DNA of 64,000 bases from Alphaproteobacteria bacterium (GCA_964291415.2 OZ219920.1:992001-1056000); one strand, 5' to 3'. Counted from the stretch's first letter, positions 9,393-20,201 are shown. Notes: a model not told the origin generated them from the sequence alone. Numbers and translations: made by a program.

Positions 9393-11864
9393 CTAGAAGC
9401 GCATGTTGAATGTGAGGAAAAGGGTTCGACCCCAGCCGGCGGCTGTGGGTCCGTCGACATCGGAGGGATTGGCTGTGTCGACAGTCAGCCCGGCGTTGGT
9501 GAGATTGAAGATGCCGGCGGCAAGCCGCGCTCCTGCCAGCCCCAGGGGATCCTTCCAGTCGAGGACTGCGTCGTGGCCGGTCCAGGACTCGAACGTGCCC
9601 GTGCCCTCCGTATTCCTGAAACCGGCACGGTAGTTGACGGTCCACACCCCGGTCACGCTGCCGTAGCGTGCCATGAACCGGACTCGGGCCATGTTCCTGG
9701 AAATGGCGTACCGAATATCGTTGCCCGCTATGGAGAGGTCCGTGCCGATGACGTGCCGCCATGCGCCGCTCATCCCGATCTCACCCCAATCCATCGGGAA
9801 GGATGCACCGTACCGCGCCGTGATGCCGGAAATCTCGGTTTCCACGATGTTCGCGTAGCTGTCAAAAATCGTGATATCGCCACCAGTGCGGCTGATGCAG
9901 TTCGAGGCGGCGTTGCCCGTGCACTCGGGCAGATTCTGCATGGACCAGTCCGCAGTGTTCTGTCCCACCAGATCCGAGCGCGACAGCCGATACCACTCCA
10001 CGCCCACGGAGTACTGGTTCTTGCGAAGCTCGGCGCCGACGGAGACCCTCTCGGTCTGCGAGGGCTCAAGCTGCGGATTCCCGGTGGTGCTTCGGGTGAC
10101 CTGCCGGGGATTGGGGCTCGGACAGGCGCGCGGCGGGGCTCCACGTCCGGGATCGCACGTGATGTAGGGATGGTCCTGGTCCTCCGTGCTGTACAGCCGG
10201 GACATCGACGGCGCCCTTTGCCCCACGCGATAGGAACTTCGCAGTGTGAGCATCTCGTGCGGACGGTAGTCGGCCGCAAGGCCCCAGGACTTCAGTGTGC
10301 CGACATCGTCGTACTCGTCGCCCCGGCCGGCGACCCTCACGTCCAGTGTTTCGGCAAGGGGCACCAGCGCTTCGGCGAACACCCCGGCCGCATCGCGCTC
10401 TCCGGCATAGCTGACCCCGCCAGAACCGAGGACCCTGGTGACGTCATGGGCCTGGCCCGCGCTGTCCAGGAAGCGCAGCAACGAGTGAACTTTGACACGG
10501 GATGCCTCAAGACCGGCTGTCCAGGCCGTCTTGCGGTCGCCAGGAGCGACCGCGTGGCCTTCCAGCGCCAACCGGGTGCCCAGGTAGGTCGATCCGAAAT
10601 CTTCGTCCTCACGCAGGCTGCTGTTCGTGATGGCCTGCAGGTGCTCTGGCGCGTCCGAGAAGGGATTCTCGAGGTCATAGTTTCCGTCTTGTACTTCCCG
10701 CCTGATCCTGTCGGCGTGAACGAAGGTCGTGCCGGTGCGCGATCCGTCGAGCCGGTAGGCGTCAACGCGCGCGTCGTAGCCGAGGTCTTCGGAGAACCGA
10801 CCCTCGATGCCCACGGCGACGTCGAACTCGTCATAGTCAGACCGCCAGTCGCGGTTCCCGTGTCCGACAAATCGGTGGCCCACCGCGAAGATGTCGTTGG
10901 CGTCCGCAATCGTGGCGCCGGCCGCGCGGTTGATCGCGTCGATGATGTCCTGGGTTGGGACAAAGGAGAACGTGCCGACCGATGGCGCATACCGAAAGGA
11001 CCAGCCACCCTGACCGATGTTTGCCGTCAGGCGAAACGTGTTCTGTTCGCCTATCGGATGCTCAAGGTCGAGAATGGTCGTGTCCTGTTCAAACTCGGTC
11101 GTGTTCCACATGATGTCGCCGTATGCGAAGCCACAGCCCTTGTCTCCGTTCCGGATTCCCGGGGGATTGCCGAGCGGACCGGTGTAGCCGGCCGCGGGGT
11201 CGCACTCGCCCAGTGCAACCGATCGCACGCCCGTGATCTCGTTTGCTGCATCGCGTTGGAGAGTCCAGACCGTGTTGCCGCCGACACTGACATTGCGGGC
11301 ATCGCTGAAGGAACCACCCGGTGTCCAGGAGGAACGACTGTGCTCACGGGCCCGTGCCGGAATCTCCTGGCGCCTGAGGGCATCCACACCAATGGTGATG
11401 CGCCCCTTCCCGAACGGGCCACCCCAGAACGCGCTGCCCTGCCAGCCGTCGCCACCGTCCTGGCTCGGCATTCGCGTGAGTGCCCGGGTCTCGAAGCCGT
11501 CCAGGGAGTTGCGCAGGACGACGTTGATGGCGCCGCGCACGGCGTGTCCGCCGAGAGTGCCAAGACCGTCGCCGCTCAGGAGCTCGAGCCGTTCGATGGC
11601 CGAGAGTGGCAGGGTATCGAGGTCACTGGCGGTCGAGGCGTACGGCCTCCCGTTCACCAGCACCGGCAAGGGCTGGCCGCCGGTGAAGAAGTAGCGAACG
11701 ATGCCGGTATCCAGAAGTTCCTCAAGGGTCTGGGCGCCCGATCGCTCGAGGAAGTCCCGGTCGCGTTCCGAGACGACACGCACGTTGGGGGCAAGGGACC
11801 CCGCGTCTGCCATTGACGCTGCAAGAATGATGATGACGGGACACAGGCGAGAGAGAATTCTCAT
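9393..11864 (-). CDS. TonB-dependent outer membrane receptor
   Basis: Signal peptide, plug motifs VLVNGRP, IERLELL, GAINVVL; GNPQLEPS; C-terminal GRTLFLTFNMRF ending in Phe. Confidence 0.9.
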   Translation of the reverse strand: MRILSRLCPVIIILAASMADAGSLAPNVRVVSERDRDFLERSGAQTLEELLDTGIVRYFFTGGQPLPVLVNGRPYASTASDLDTLPLSAIERLELLSGDGLGTLGGHAVRGAINVVLRNSLDGFETRALTRMPSQDGGDGWQGSAFWGGPFGKGRITIGVDALRRQEIPARAREHSRSSWTPGGSFSDARNVSVGGNTVWTLQRDAANEITGVRSVALGECDPAAGYTGPLGNPPGIRNGDKGCGFAYGDIMWNTTEFEQDTTILDLEHPIGEQNTFRLTANIGQGGWSFRYAPSVGTFSFVPTQDIIDAINRAAGATIADANDIFAVGHRFVGHGNRDWRSDYDEFDVAVGIEGRFSEDLGYDARVDAYRLDGSRTGTTFVHADRIRREVQDGNYDLENPFSDAPEHLQAITNSSLREDEDFGSTYLGTRLALEGHAVAPGDRKTAWTAGLEASRVKVHSLLRFLDSAGQAHDVTRVLGSGGVSYAGERDAAGVFAEALVPLAETLDVRVAGRGDEYDDVGTLKSWGLAADYRPHEMLTLRSSYRVGQRAPSMSRLYSTEDQDHPYITCDPGRGAPPRACPSPNPRQVTRSTTGNPQLEPSQTERVSVGAELRKNQYSVGVEWYRLSRSDLVGQNTADWSMQNLPECTGNAASNCISRTGGDITIFDSYANIVETEISGITARYGASFPMDWGEIGMSGAWRHVIGTDLSIAGNDIRYAISRNMARVRFMARYGSVTGVWTVNYRAGFRNTEGTGTFESWTGHDAVLDWKDPLGLAGARLAAGIFNLTNAGLTVDTANPSDVDGPTAAGWGRTLFLTFNMRF

Positions 11865-12200
11865 CGTACTCTCCAGACAGGCTGGCCATTGAAAGAGATT
11901 CCGACTTCAGACGGACCGGCACCAGGTATGGCCGGATGCGTTCCCAGGCGTGAATCGGGCGCCTGATCGGTGGTTGCGCTCAGGTCGACGGACATGTTCG
12001 TCTCGTCCCATGTTGGCATGATGCGGCCTTCGCAGCGTGAATGAAGTCTGCCTTGATTCGCCGGCTGTTGTGCAGACAGCAACGTCGAATGCTGTCGGGG
12101 GCGTGATGGAACGGAGTAGCAGGGAGGCGTTTCCTTGAAGTCATGATGCGGCCCTCATAGCCTGCCATGTCTTGAGGGTCCGCGAGACCGGAGAACCCCG

Positions 12201-13403
12201 ATGTGCCGATCAGTGCACTCGCACGACATCTTGCCCGACCGCCGCATCGTCCTCAACTGGGCCGATGGTGAACGCAATCACTACCATTTCGTCTGGTTGC
12301 GTCAGCAGCACTTTCATCCGGCCATCGGCCGGTCCGATCAGGCGTCTGACGACGCCTTGCGCCTGCCGGATGATCCGGCCTCCCTTCAGGTTGCCTCATC
12401 GGCCATCGAGAACGGCGAACTTGTCGTTCATTGGGCGGGCGATGGTGTTGTCACCCGCCATGATCTCGCCTGGTTGCGGCGCAATGCCTATGACGGGCCG
12501 TCGCGCCTGGGACGCAAGGTGCGTCAACAGACCTGGACGGGGAGGGAGGCGGCGGTCTTTCCCTGGCTGGACTGGGAAGCACTTCTCGCGGATGACGAAG
12601 CCCTGCTTGCCTTTGAAGTGCGTCTGCGCGACTACGGTTTCGCCCGTGTGCGCGGCGCGCCCGCCGGAGATGACGAGGTGGCGCGCCTGGCCGAAAGGCT
12701 GGGCGCCCTGCGCAACACGGACTTTGGACCTGTTGCGACGATCGAGAACCGGCCGCCTTCGAAGGAGGGTCGCTACACCAATCTTGGGGCCGGCGGGTGG
12801 GTGCGCCTCGCACCCCACACCGATGAAGGCTGGCGCTATGCTCCGCCTGGCATCAGTTTCCACCTTGGCCTGGAGTCGACACCGGGAGAGGGCGGCGAGT
12901 CCATCCTCGTCGATGGTCTTCTCGCTGCCCGTCGCCTTGCTGCCAGGGATGCCGACGCCTTTGAGTTCCTTGCCCGCCAGCCGTTCCGGTTCTGCGCCGA
13001 GCGCAATCCCCGGGAACGCTATGTTGCCCGCGGTCGCATGATTGTCACCGACCAGGACGGGGAGGTGGTCGGCATCCGGTTCTCGGATCGTACCCTGGGT
13101 GTCCAGGACCTTGATGAAGCGACGATCGAACCCGCCTACAAGGCGCTGGGCGCCTTCGCCAGGGAGATCTATTCCGAGGATCTTGTCTACCGGCACAAGC
13201 TTCAACCAGGTGAGTGCCATGTCTTCGACAACCACAGGATTCTCCATGCGCGGACTGAGTTCGACCCTGCGTCGGGGCCGAGACGCATCGCGCAGTGTTC
13301 CGTTGACAGGGAGGAATTTCACAACAGCTATCGCCAGTTATGCGAAAGACTTGGACGCATGGATGACGCCAACATTATCCTCCCGAACGGGGCACTCGGG
13401 TAA
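12201..13403 (+). CDS. Fe(II)/2-oxoglutarate dioxygenase, gamma-butyrobetaine hydroxylase/TauD family
   Basis: N-terminal DUF971-like segment (FVWLR), PHTDE (HxD), VDG, FDNHRILHAR. Confidence 0.9.
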   Translation: MCRSVHSHDILPDRRIVLNWADGERNHYHFVWLRQQHFHPAIGRSDQASDDALRLPDDPASLQVASSAIENGELVVHWAGDGVVTRHDLAWLRRNAYDGPSRLGRKVRQQTWTGREAAVFPWLDWEALLADDEALLAFEVRLRDYGFARVRGAPAGDDEVARLAERLGALRNTDFGPVATIENRPPSKEGRYTNLGAGGWVRLAPHTDEGWRYAPPGISFHLGLESTPGEGGESILVDGLLAARRLAARDADAFEFLARQPFRFCAERNPRERYVARGRMIVTDQDGEVVGIRFSDRTLGVQDLDEATIEPAYKALGAFAREIYSEDLVYRHKLQPGECHVFDNHRILHARTEFDPASGPRRIAQCSVDREEFHNSYRQLCERLGRMDDANIILPNGALG

Positions 13404-13448
13404 CGGCCTTGCACCGGGGCGGCGGATCATGTAGCGCGCATCGTATGG

Positions 13449-13535
13449 GCGGACGTGGCGGAATGGGTAGACGCAGCGGACTTAAAATCCGCTTCCAGGC
13501 ATGGAGTAGGGGTTCGACTCCCCTCGTCCGCACCA
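13449..13535 (+). tRNA. tRNA-Leu (anticodon TAA)
   Basis: Acceptor stem GCGGACG/CGTCCGC, D-loop GGAATGGGTAGAC, anticodon arm GCGGA-CTTAAAA-TCCGC, long variable arm, GTTCGACTC T-loop, encoded CCA. Confidence 0.97.
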
Positions 13536-13551
13536 CTTCGGCAGCGCTTTC

Positions 13552-14589
13552 GTGACCGGTGTCACGCCATGGAGCGAGACCGGCAGCACGCTGGACTACC
13601 TGCGTGATCTGGCGCACCGGTCGCTTGATCGGTGGGGCCTTCCCTCTGCGACCTCGGTGACGCTGGTCAATGTATCGGAAAACGTGACCTGGCGGCTCGA
13701 TGGCCCCTCGGGGGAACGCTGGATCCTGCGGATTCATCGCGACGGCTATCATTCGAGAGACGGAATCAGGACCGAGCTCGTCTGGCTGCACGCTCTCCAG
13801 AACGACATCGGGATCGTCACGCCCCAGGCAATTGCCGGCGTCGACGGTGACGAGATCCAGACCGGTCATGTTCCCGGTCTGGCAGGCCCCCGGAACATGG
13901 TGCTCTTCGAATTCATCGATGGCGTGGAGCCGTCAATGGACGTCGATCTCGAGGAGCCTTTCCGGCGCCTGGGCGATGTGAGCGCCAGACTCCATCTCCA
14001 TGCCATGACGTGGCAGCGTCCTGAGTTCTTCGAGCGTCTGCACTGGGACACCTCCGGTGTCTTCGGTCCTCACCCGAACTGGGGCGACTGGCGTGACGGC
14101 CCGCTGGACGACACGCATCAGCGCTCCTTCCTCGAAGGCGTCGAAGGGGAACTTCACCGACGTCTGGAGGCCTACGGCAGGATGCCCGGGCGTTTCGGCC
14201 TGGCGCACTGTGATCTTCGCCTCGGCAACCTGCTGCTGGTCGGCGACGACACGCGCGTCATCGATTTCGACGACTGCGGCCTTTCGTGGTTTCTCTATGA
14301 TCTCGCGTCAGCCCTGACGCTGATCGACAATCTCGATACCACCGGCGACCTCGTGGACGCCTGGTTCAACGGATACAGGTCCGTCCGCGCCCTGGATGCG
14401 GACGACCTGGCCATCGTTCCCTCGTTGGTCATGATGCGCCGCTTCGCCATTCTCGCCTGGCTCGGCAGCCACGCCGAGACCGAGCTTGCAGTTGACAGCA
14501 AGGAGGGATACGCAGCCGCCGCGTGCGCCATGGGTGAAGCCTTTCTTTCACGGCCCATCGATGGAGATGGCGTTCTTCCCTGGCTGTGA
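13552..14589 (+). CDS. APH/homoserine kinase type II family phosphotransferase
   Basis: SENVTW, LRIHR, HCDLRLGNLL, VIDFDD motifs. Confidence 0.9.
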   Translation: MTGVTPWSETGSTLDYLRDLAHRSLDRWGLPSATSVTLVNVSENVTWRLDGPSGERWILRIHRDGYHSRDGIRTELVWLHALQNDIGIVTPQAIAGVDGDEIQTGHVPGLAGPRNMVLFEFIDGVEPSMDVDLEEPFRRLGDVSARLHLHAMTWQRPEFFERLHWDTSGVFGPHPNWGDWRDGPLDDTHQRSFLEGVEGELHRRLEAYGRMPGRFGLAHCDLRLGNLLLVGDDTRVIDFDDCGLSWFLYDLASALTLIDNLDTTGDLVDAWFNGYRSVRALDADDLAIVPSLVMMRRFAILAWLGSHAETELAVDSKEGYAAAACAMGEAFLSRPIDGDGVLPWL

Positions 14590-14615
14590 GTTGACGACAA
14601 GAAAGAGGGACTTCA

Positions 14616-15728
14616 ATGAACCGGAAGACGGGATTCCTGTTTCACGAACTCTACATGTGGCACGACACGGGACATGCCGCCCTGTGGCATCGGCCCGGAC
14701 TGACGGTGCAGCCTGGCGAGCACGGAGAAAATGCCGAGACCAAGCGGCGCATGAGGAATCTCATGGACGTGGCCGGCATCCTCGACAGCCTCGTTGACGT
14801 GCGTCCGGTGATGGCGAGCGAAGAGGACATCCTGAGGGTGCACACCCGAGACTATGTCGAGAGGATCAGGGAGATGTCGGCCGGTCATGGCGGTGACGCT
14901 GGCGAAGCGACACCCTTTGGTCACGGCAGCTACGAGATCGCCTGTCTGTCGGCCGGGGGCACGATCGCCATGGTGGACGCCGCCTTGCGTGGTGATATCG
15001 ACAACGGTTATGCCCTCGTGCGACCCCCCGGCCACCATGCCGAACCGGACATCGGGCGGGGATTCTGTATCTTTGGCAATGTCGGCGTGGCCATCGAGCA
15101 TGCGCGTCACCATCACGCGATTGAGCGTTGCGCCGTCGTCGACTGGGATGTGCACCACGGCAACGGCACCCAGCGGATATTCTGGGAAGACCGGGATGTG
15201 CTTGCCATCTCGATTCACCAGGACAACTGGTACCCGGCCGACTCCGGACACATTGACGAGATCGGCGAGGGTGCGGGAAAGGGAGCGACCATCAATGTGC
15301 CGCTGCCGCCAGGGTCGGGCCGGGATGCCTACATCGGTGTCTTCGAGCGTGTTGTGGCGCCGGCGCTGCGGCGTTTCCGGCCGCAGCTTATCGTCGTCGC
15401 ATCGGGTTTCGACGGTTCGATCTACGATCCCCTGGGACGCATGATGGTGACGAGTTCCACCTACCGGCGGTTGACCTCAATCATGCTGGATCTTGCCGAT
15501 GAACTCACCGGCGGCACGCTGGTGGCAAGTCACGAGGGAGGGTATTCGGCCGCCTATGTTCCCTATTGCGGCCTGACGGTGATGGAGGAGCTGTCAGGGA
15601 GCTCGTCGACGATCGAGGACCCCTTCGCCCAGTACGTCGACTCTGCCGGTGGCCATCAACTCTATCCCCACCAGGACGCCGTCATCTCGAAGGCTGCGGC
15701 CTTGGCCGCCGCGGTCCCGGCTGGCTGA
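14616..15728 (+). CDS. Class II histone deacetylase-family amidohydrolase
   Basis: RPPGHHA, GFCIF, DWDVHHGNGTQ, SGFD..DPLG, HEGGY. Confidence 0.95.
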   Translation: MNRKTGFLFHELYMWHDTGHAALWHRPGLTVQPGEHGENAETKRRMRNLMDVAGILDSLVDVRPVMASEEDILRVHTRDYVERIREMSAGHGGDAGEATPFGHGSYEIACLSAGGTIAMVDAALRGDIDNGYALVRPPGHHAEPDIGRGFCIFGNVGVAIEHARHHHAIERCAVVDWDVHHGNGTQRIFWEDRDVLAISIHQDNWYPADSGHIDEIGEGAGKGATINVPLPPGSGRDAYIGVFERVVAPALRRFRPQLIVVASGFDGSIYDPLGRMMVTSSTYRRLTSIMLDLADELTGGTLVASHEGGYSAAYVPYCGLTVMEELSGSSSTIEDPFAQYVDSAGGHQLYPHQDAVISKAAALAAAVPAG

Positions 15729-15754
15729 CACGTGGGGGGCGATGAAGCCGGTGG

Positions 15755-16417
15755 CTACTCGCAGACGACGCCGTCGCCGTCGCCATCTCTCATGAACTGG
15801 TAGGCCGGATGCTCGGCCTTGACCGGCGCGATGCCGTGACGGCGCGCTTCGCTGCAGGAAATCGATCCATTGCTGTTGTCGTCGTAGAGGGCCAGCATGT
15901 CGCCTTCGGACGAAACATCCGTTGTTTCAGGCTCTTCTGCCGGCAAGGTGACGCCCCGTCGCCAGTCCCAGGGAGCGACGAACGCGCCTGACCACATGCC
16001 GCGGCCATGCTGTCGTGCTTCATCCTCGTGTCCGACGTACGCCATGGAATACTTGCGGTAGGCGAGAGCAAGGCCCCGGCGCACGAGATCACCGCCGATG
16101 TCCACCGAGCCGGCGTAGCAGACTGCAATCAGTCGGCCATAGAAGTCGCGGGTGTCACCTTCACATCGGACGGACTTGCCCCCGGTCAGGTCCTCCACGG
16201 CGCGGGTGGCCTCCCTGCCGCAGGGCCAGCCATCGCCGCAGTCCTGGTTGCTCTCGGGAGCATCGATCCCGAAGAGGCGGATGCGTTCGGTGCCGATCAC
16301 GAGAGTGTCGCCATCCACCACCGTCGCTTCTCCTGTCAGGGCCTGGGCGCCGGGCGGCGCCAGCACGAGGGCAAGGAGCGCGGCGCATGCCCTCCGGGAC
16401 CATGACCTAGCCGACAT
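15755..16417 (-). CDS. Secreted thermonuclease (SNase) with C-terminal Excalibur Ca-binding domain
   Basis: Signal peptide; VDGDT, RLFGIDAPE, DFYGR; C-terminal DGDGDGVVCE. Confidence 0.9.
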   Translation of the reverse strand: MSARSWSRRACAALLALVLAPPGAQALTGEATVVDGDTLVIGTERIRLFGIDAPESNQDCGDGWPCGREATRAVEDLTGGKSVRCEGDTRDFYGRLIAVCYAGSVDIGGDLVRRGLALAYRKYSMAYVGHEDEARQHGRGMWSGAFVAPWDWRRGVTLPAEEPETTDVSSEGDMLALYDDNSNGSISCSEARRHGIAPVKAEHPAYQFMRDGDGDGVVCE

Positions 16418-17833
16418 CCGGACGGCGCGCCGGATTGGTGTACCAGGGATCGGCTGCCTCGACGGCGTGACCGATGCGAAACACCGTCGGATCGTCGTAC
16501 GTGCGACCGACGATCTGCAGGCCGGTCGGTACATGATTGCGGTCGAGCCCGGACGGAACGGTGAGAACGGGGCAGCGCGACATGATGTTGAACGGATAGG
16601 TCATGACCCAGCCCAGCATCGGATCGACGGCAACGCCGTTGATGGAGAGGTCTTCCTTCGTGGAGTCGAACTCCGCCGGAACCGCGGACAGTGCATTTGT
16701 CGGGCACACCAGGGCGTCATAGCGCGACAGCAGCGGGCCCAGGACGTCGTACATTTCCCCGGCAAGTTTCTGGGCATCGAGAAAGTCCTCGCCCGTGGTG
16801 CCGGCGCCGAAGTCGGCAAAGGCGACGGTGTAGGGCATCAGTTCATGGCGATGCCGGCGCAGGGCAGGGGCGATGGAGTTGCCGAAGAGGTGGCCAAGGT
16901 AGTTCATCGCCGCCGTCAGCGCGTCCCACGACCAGCCGATCTCCACCTCATCGACGATGGCGCCTGCCTCCTCGAGCTTGGTGGCCGCATCCAAGGTGTT
17001 CTTGCGCACGTCCTCATCGACCTCGCAGTACCCCAGGTCGATGGAAAGGGCGATGCGCATGTCCTTGACCGGCGCATAGTCGAGAGGAAGACGCAGCTTC
17101 GGCTTCAGTGTGGCAATGTCCCGGGGGTGTGGGCCGGCCATGGCGTTCTGCAAGAGGGCACAATCGGCAACGGAACGCGCCATGGGTCCCGAATGGCAGT
17201 AGGTGTCGAGATTGAAGATATGGGTCTGCGGATTTCGCCCGTAGGGGGCTTGAAGCCGACCACGCCCGAACAACTCGCAGGGATGCGGATCGATCCGGCA
17301 ATGTCGGAGCCGGTGGCGAGGGGGGATCCGCCTGCCGCCAGGGTTGCTCCCGATCCACCCGAAGATCCGCCGGGCGTGTAGTCCGTGTTCCACGGGTTGC
17401 GCGTCACGCCCCAGTGCCGGGTGTAGCAGACCCCGGCGCAGGAAAACTCCGGCGTCGTGGTTCTCACATGCATGACGGCACCGGCATTGAAGCAGCGCTC
17501 GACAATGGGCGTGGTTTCTTCGCCGATCACATGCCGAAAGGCGGTCGAACCCGACGTGGCCGGCAGCCCCTTGATCGTCTCCTCGTCCTTGACCGCCAGT
17601 GGCAGGCCTTCGAGCGAACGGGTGCGGCTGCCTCTGCCATAGCGGGCCTCGGCCTTCTTCGCCTGATCGCGGGCTTCATCGAAGAACGTCTGGCTGAAGG
17701 GATTGAGGTGCGGCGCCACGGCCTCGGCGCGCGCAATCACGGCGTCCATCAGGTCCACCGGCGACAACTCGCGGCTGCGGAACATCCGCACCGCGTCAAC
17801 GGCGCCGAGATAATGAAGATCGCTGGAAGACAT
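16407..17833 (-). CDS. Amidase signature family protein; frameshift at G-run 17244-17248
   Basis: GLPLAVKD, GGSSGGS, GSDIAGSIRIPAS; C-terminal half (GPMARSVAD, PTGLQIVG) is in the next frame. Confidence 0.9.
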
Positions 17834-17861
17834 GCCTGATTCTCCGATGAATGTTGCCAGA

Positions 17862-20201
17862 CTATCCGTGAAGCCTGGCTGACGACAATCCCGCGCGCTC
17901 AAGGCACAAGCTGGAGGCGGCTTCGACGATCGCGGCGGCGTCAATGCCGTGCAACCGGAAGAGATCCGGGATATCGGCACTCTGACCAAAGTCCGTCACT
18001 CCGAGAGCGTGAACCCGGTGGCGACCGACAGCCGCCATCCACGACAGGGTGGCGGGATGGGCGTCACAGACCGTGACAAGACCAGCGTCTCCAGGGAGGC
18101 GCGCGAACAGCCGCTCGGCCTGTGAACGACCGTCGCGCCTGTGCCAGCCGGCCATCAGGCGATCGGCGGACGTCACGACGAGAAGGCCGATATCCCCGAG
18201 ATCCTCGGTCAGCATGGCGCGGGCGGCAATCGCCTCGGTGACCGCGGCCCCCATGGCAACGATGGCGATCTCCGATGCCGCCCCGGGCTCGAAGAGCCAA
18301 TAGCCGCCGGCGATGGTTCCGGACACCAGATCCGGCGTGACGGGACGCTCGATCTGCTCGACGGGACGGGTCGAGAGCCGCAGATAGACGGAACATCCGT
18401 CACGCGCCTGCATATGCTCGAATCCCCAGCGCATGATGATGGAGAGCTCGTCTCCGTAGGCCGGCTCAAAGGCGATCAGTCCGGCCTGGCCGAGTCCGAT
18501 GAGGGGGGTATAGATCGACTGGTGCGCCCCGCCCTCGGGGGCCAGCGAGATCCCTGACGGTGTGCCGGCAAGCATGAATCGGCTGTCCTGGTAGCAGGCA
18601 TGGTTGAGGGCGTCGAGGCCGCGACAGATGAAGGGATCGTAGAGCGTGCCTATCGGCAGCAGCCGCACCCCGAAGAGGCTGTGGGCAAGGCCCATGGCGG
18701 CGACGAGAAGGAAGAGATTGTTTTCGGCGATTCCGAGCTCGATGTGCTGGCCCTTGTGACTGATGTCCCATGACTGGGCCGACATCACCTTTTCGGCCTT
18801 GAAGGTGTCGATGTGTTCCCGTCGGTCGAAGAGACCCCGCCTGTTGATCCAGGGACCAAGGTTGGTCGAGACGGCAACGTCCGGAGAGGTTGTGACGATG
18901 CGATCGGCCAGTTGATGGTCGCTGCGGCCGAGTTCGTTGAGGATGGATCCGAACACCTGCTGGGTCGAGGTCCGAGCCTCGTTCTTGAAGGGCAGGCGCT
19001 CCGGCACCGCGATCGTCGGTGCCGCGCGGCGGCGCGGAAAGTCCTCGGCAAAGGGTACGCGGGAAAGAAAGGACCGGAGTTCCTCCGCCTGGTCCTCCAT
19101 GCCGGCAAAGGGATCCCACTCGCTCCCTTCGGCAATGCCGTTCTGGTCGCGAAACTGCGCCATCTGTGTGGGATTCATGAGCCCGGCGTGATTGTCCTTG
19201 TGTCCGGCGAAGGGCAGGCCGAACCCCTTGATCGTGTAGCAGATGAAGCAGACCGGCTGGTCATCGCCGGTCATCCCGCCGGTGAAACCCTCCAGCAGGC
19301 TCTCGAGATCGTGTCCGGCAAGGTTGGTCATCAGGCGATGAAGGGAATCGTCGTCGAAGGTGTCGATGAGACCGCGCCCGGGGCCGCTGGCGCCGAAATC
19401 CCCTTCGAGGTGTTCGCGCCATGCGCCGCCGCCCTTGAAGCACAGCGCCGAGTAGAGATCGTTGGGGCAGGCATCGATCCAGGCGCGCAGGTCCTCGCCT
19501 CCCGGTTGCCGGAATGCGGCTTCAAGTCGCTTGCCGTACTTCAGCGTGACGACCTTCCATCCGACTGCCCCGAAGAACCCCTGGATTCTCCTGAACAGCC
19601 GGTCCGAGACGACGCTGTCGAGACTCTGCCTGTTGTAGTCCACAATCCACCAGACGTTGCCGATGTTGTGCTTCCAGCTTTCGAGGAGGGCTTCCCAGAC
19701 GTTGCCCTCGTCGAGCTCCGCATCGCCGACGAGCGCCACCATGCGTCCGGCGGCGCCGTTGTCGGGGATGAGGTTCTTGCGGCCAAGATAATCCTCCACG
19801 AGCGCGGTGAACGCCGTCATGGCAACGCCCAGCCCCACCGAACCGGTCGACAGGTCGACGTCATCGCGATCCTTGGTGCGCGACGGGTAGGACTGGGCGC
19901 CGCCCAGGGCCCTGAAGGCTTCCATCTGTTCACGACTCTGGTGCCCCAGAAGGTACTGGATCGCATGGAAGACGGGACTGGCATGGGGCTTGACGGCGAT
20001 CCTGTCCCGGGGCGAGAGGACATGGAAATAGAGTGCGCACATGATCTGGACGATGGAGGCGCACGATGCCTGATGCCCGCCCACCTTGAGCCCGTCACGG
20101 GACGGGCGCAGGTGATTGGCGTGGTGAATCATCCAGCTCGACAGCCACAGCACCTTCGTCTGCAGGGCATCGAGGCAAGCGAGGTCGGTACGGTTCATCA
20201 T
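17862..20201 (-). CDS. TPP-dependent homodimeric 2-oxoacid dehydrogenase E1 (AceE-like)/transketolase family protein
   Basis: KVGGHQAS, STGSVGLG, GDAELDEG..N TPP motif, HIELGIAENN, EGGAHQS, FGQS. Confidence 0.88.
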   Translation of the reverse strand: MMNRTDLACLDALQTKVLWLSSWMIHHANHLRPSRDGLKVGGHQASCASIVQIMCALYFHVLSPRDRIAVKPHASPVFHAIQYLLGHQSREQMEAFRALGGAQSYPSRTKDRDDVDLSTGSVGLGVAMTAFTALVEDYLGRKNLIPDNGAAGRMVALVGDAELDEGNVWEALLESWKHNIGNVWWIVDYNRQSLDSVVSDRLFRRIQGFFGAVGWKVVTLKYGKRLEAAFRQPGGEDLRAWIDACPNDLYSALCFKGGGAWREHLEGDFGASGPGRGLIDTFDDDSLHRLMTNLAGHDLESLLEGFTGGMTGDDQPVCFICYTIKGFGLPFAGHKDNHAGLMNPTQMAQFRDQNGIAEGSEWDPFAGMEDQAEELRSFLSRVPFAEDFPRRRAAPTIAVPERLPFKNEARTSTQQVFGSILNELGRSDHQLADRIVTTSPDVAVSTNLGPWINRRGLFDRREHIDTFKAEKVMSAQSWDISHKGQHIELGIAENNLFLLVAAMGLAHSLFGVRLLPIGTLYDPFICRGLDALNHACYQDSRFMLAGTPSGISLAPEGGAHQSIYTPLIGLGQAGLIAFEPAYGDELSIIMRWGFEHMQARDGCSVYLRLSTRPVEQIERPVTPDLVSGTIAGGYWLFEPGAASEIAIVAMGAAVTEAIAARAMLTEDLGDIGLLVVTSADRLMAGWHRRDGRSQAERLFARLPGDAGLVTVCDAHPATLSWMAAVGRHRVHALGVTDFGQSADIPDLFRLHGIDAAAIVEAASSLCLERAGLSSARLHG

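Noticed and set aside
9078-11816. 912-aa plus-strand ORF, and similar long antisense ORFs at 30870-33308, 40931-42952, 35710-37647 and 56273-58267
   Set aside because: Shadow ORFs opposite well-supported genes in high-GC DNA; no recognisable motifs
13449-13535. tRNA-Leu as a genomic island integration site
   Set aside because: No integrase and no duplicated tRNA 3' end seen in the window
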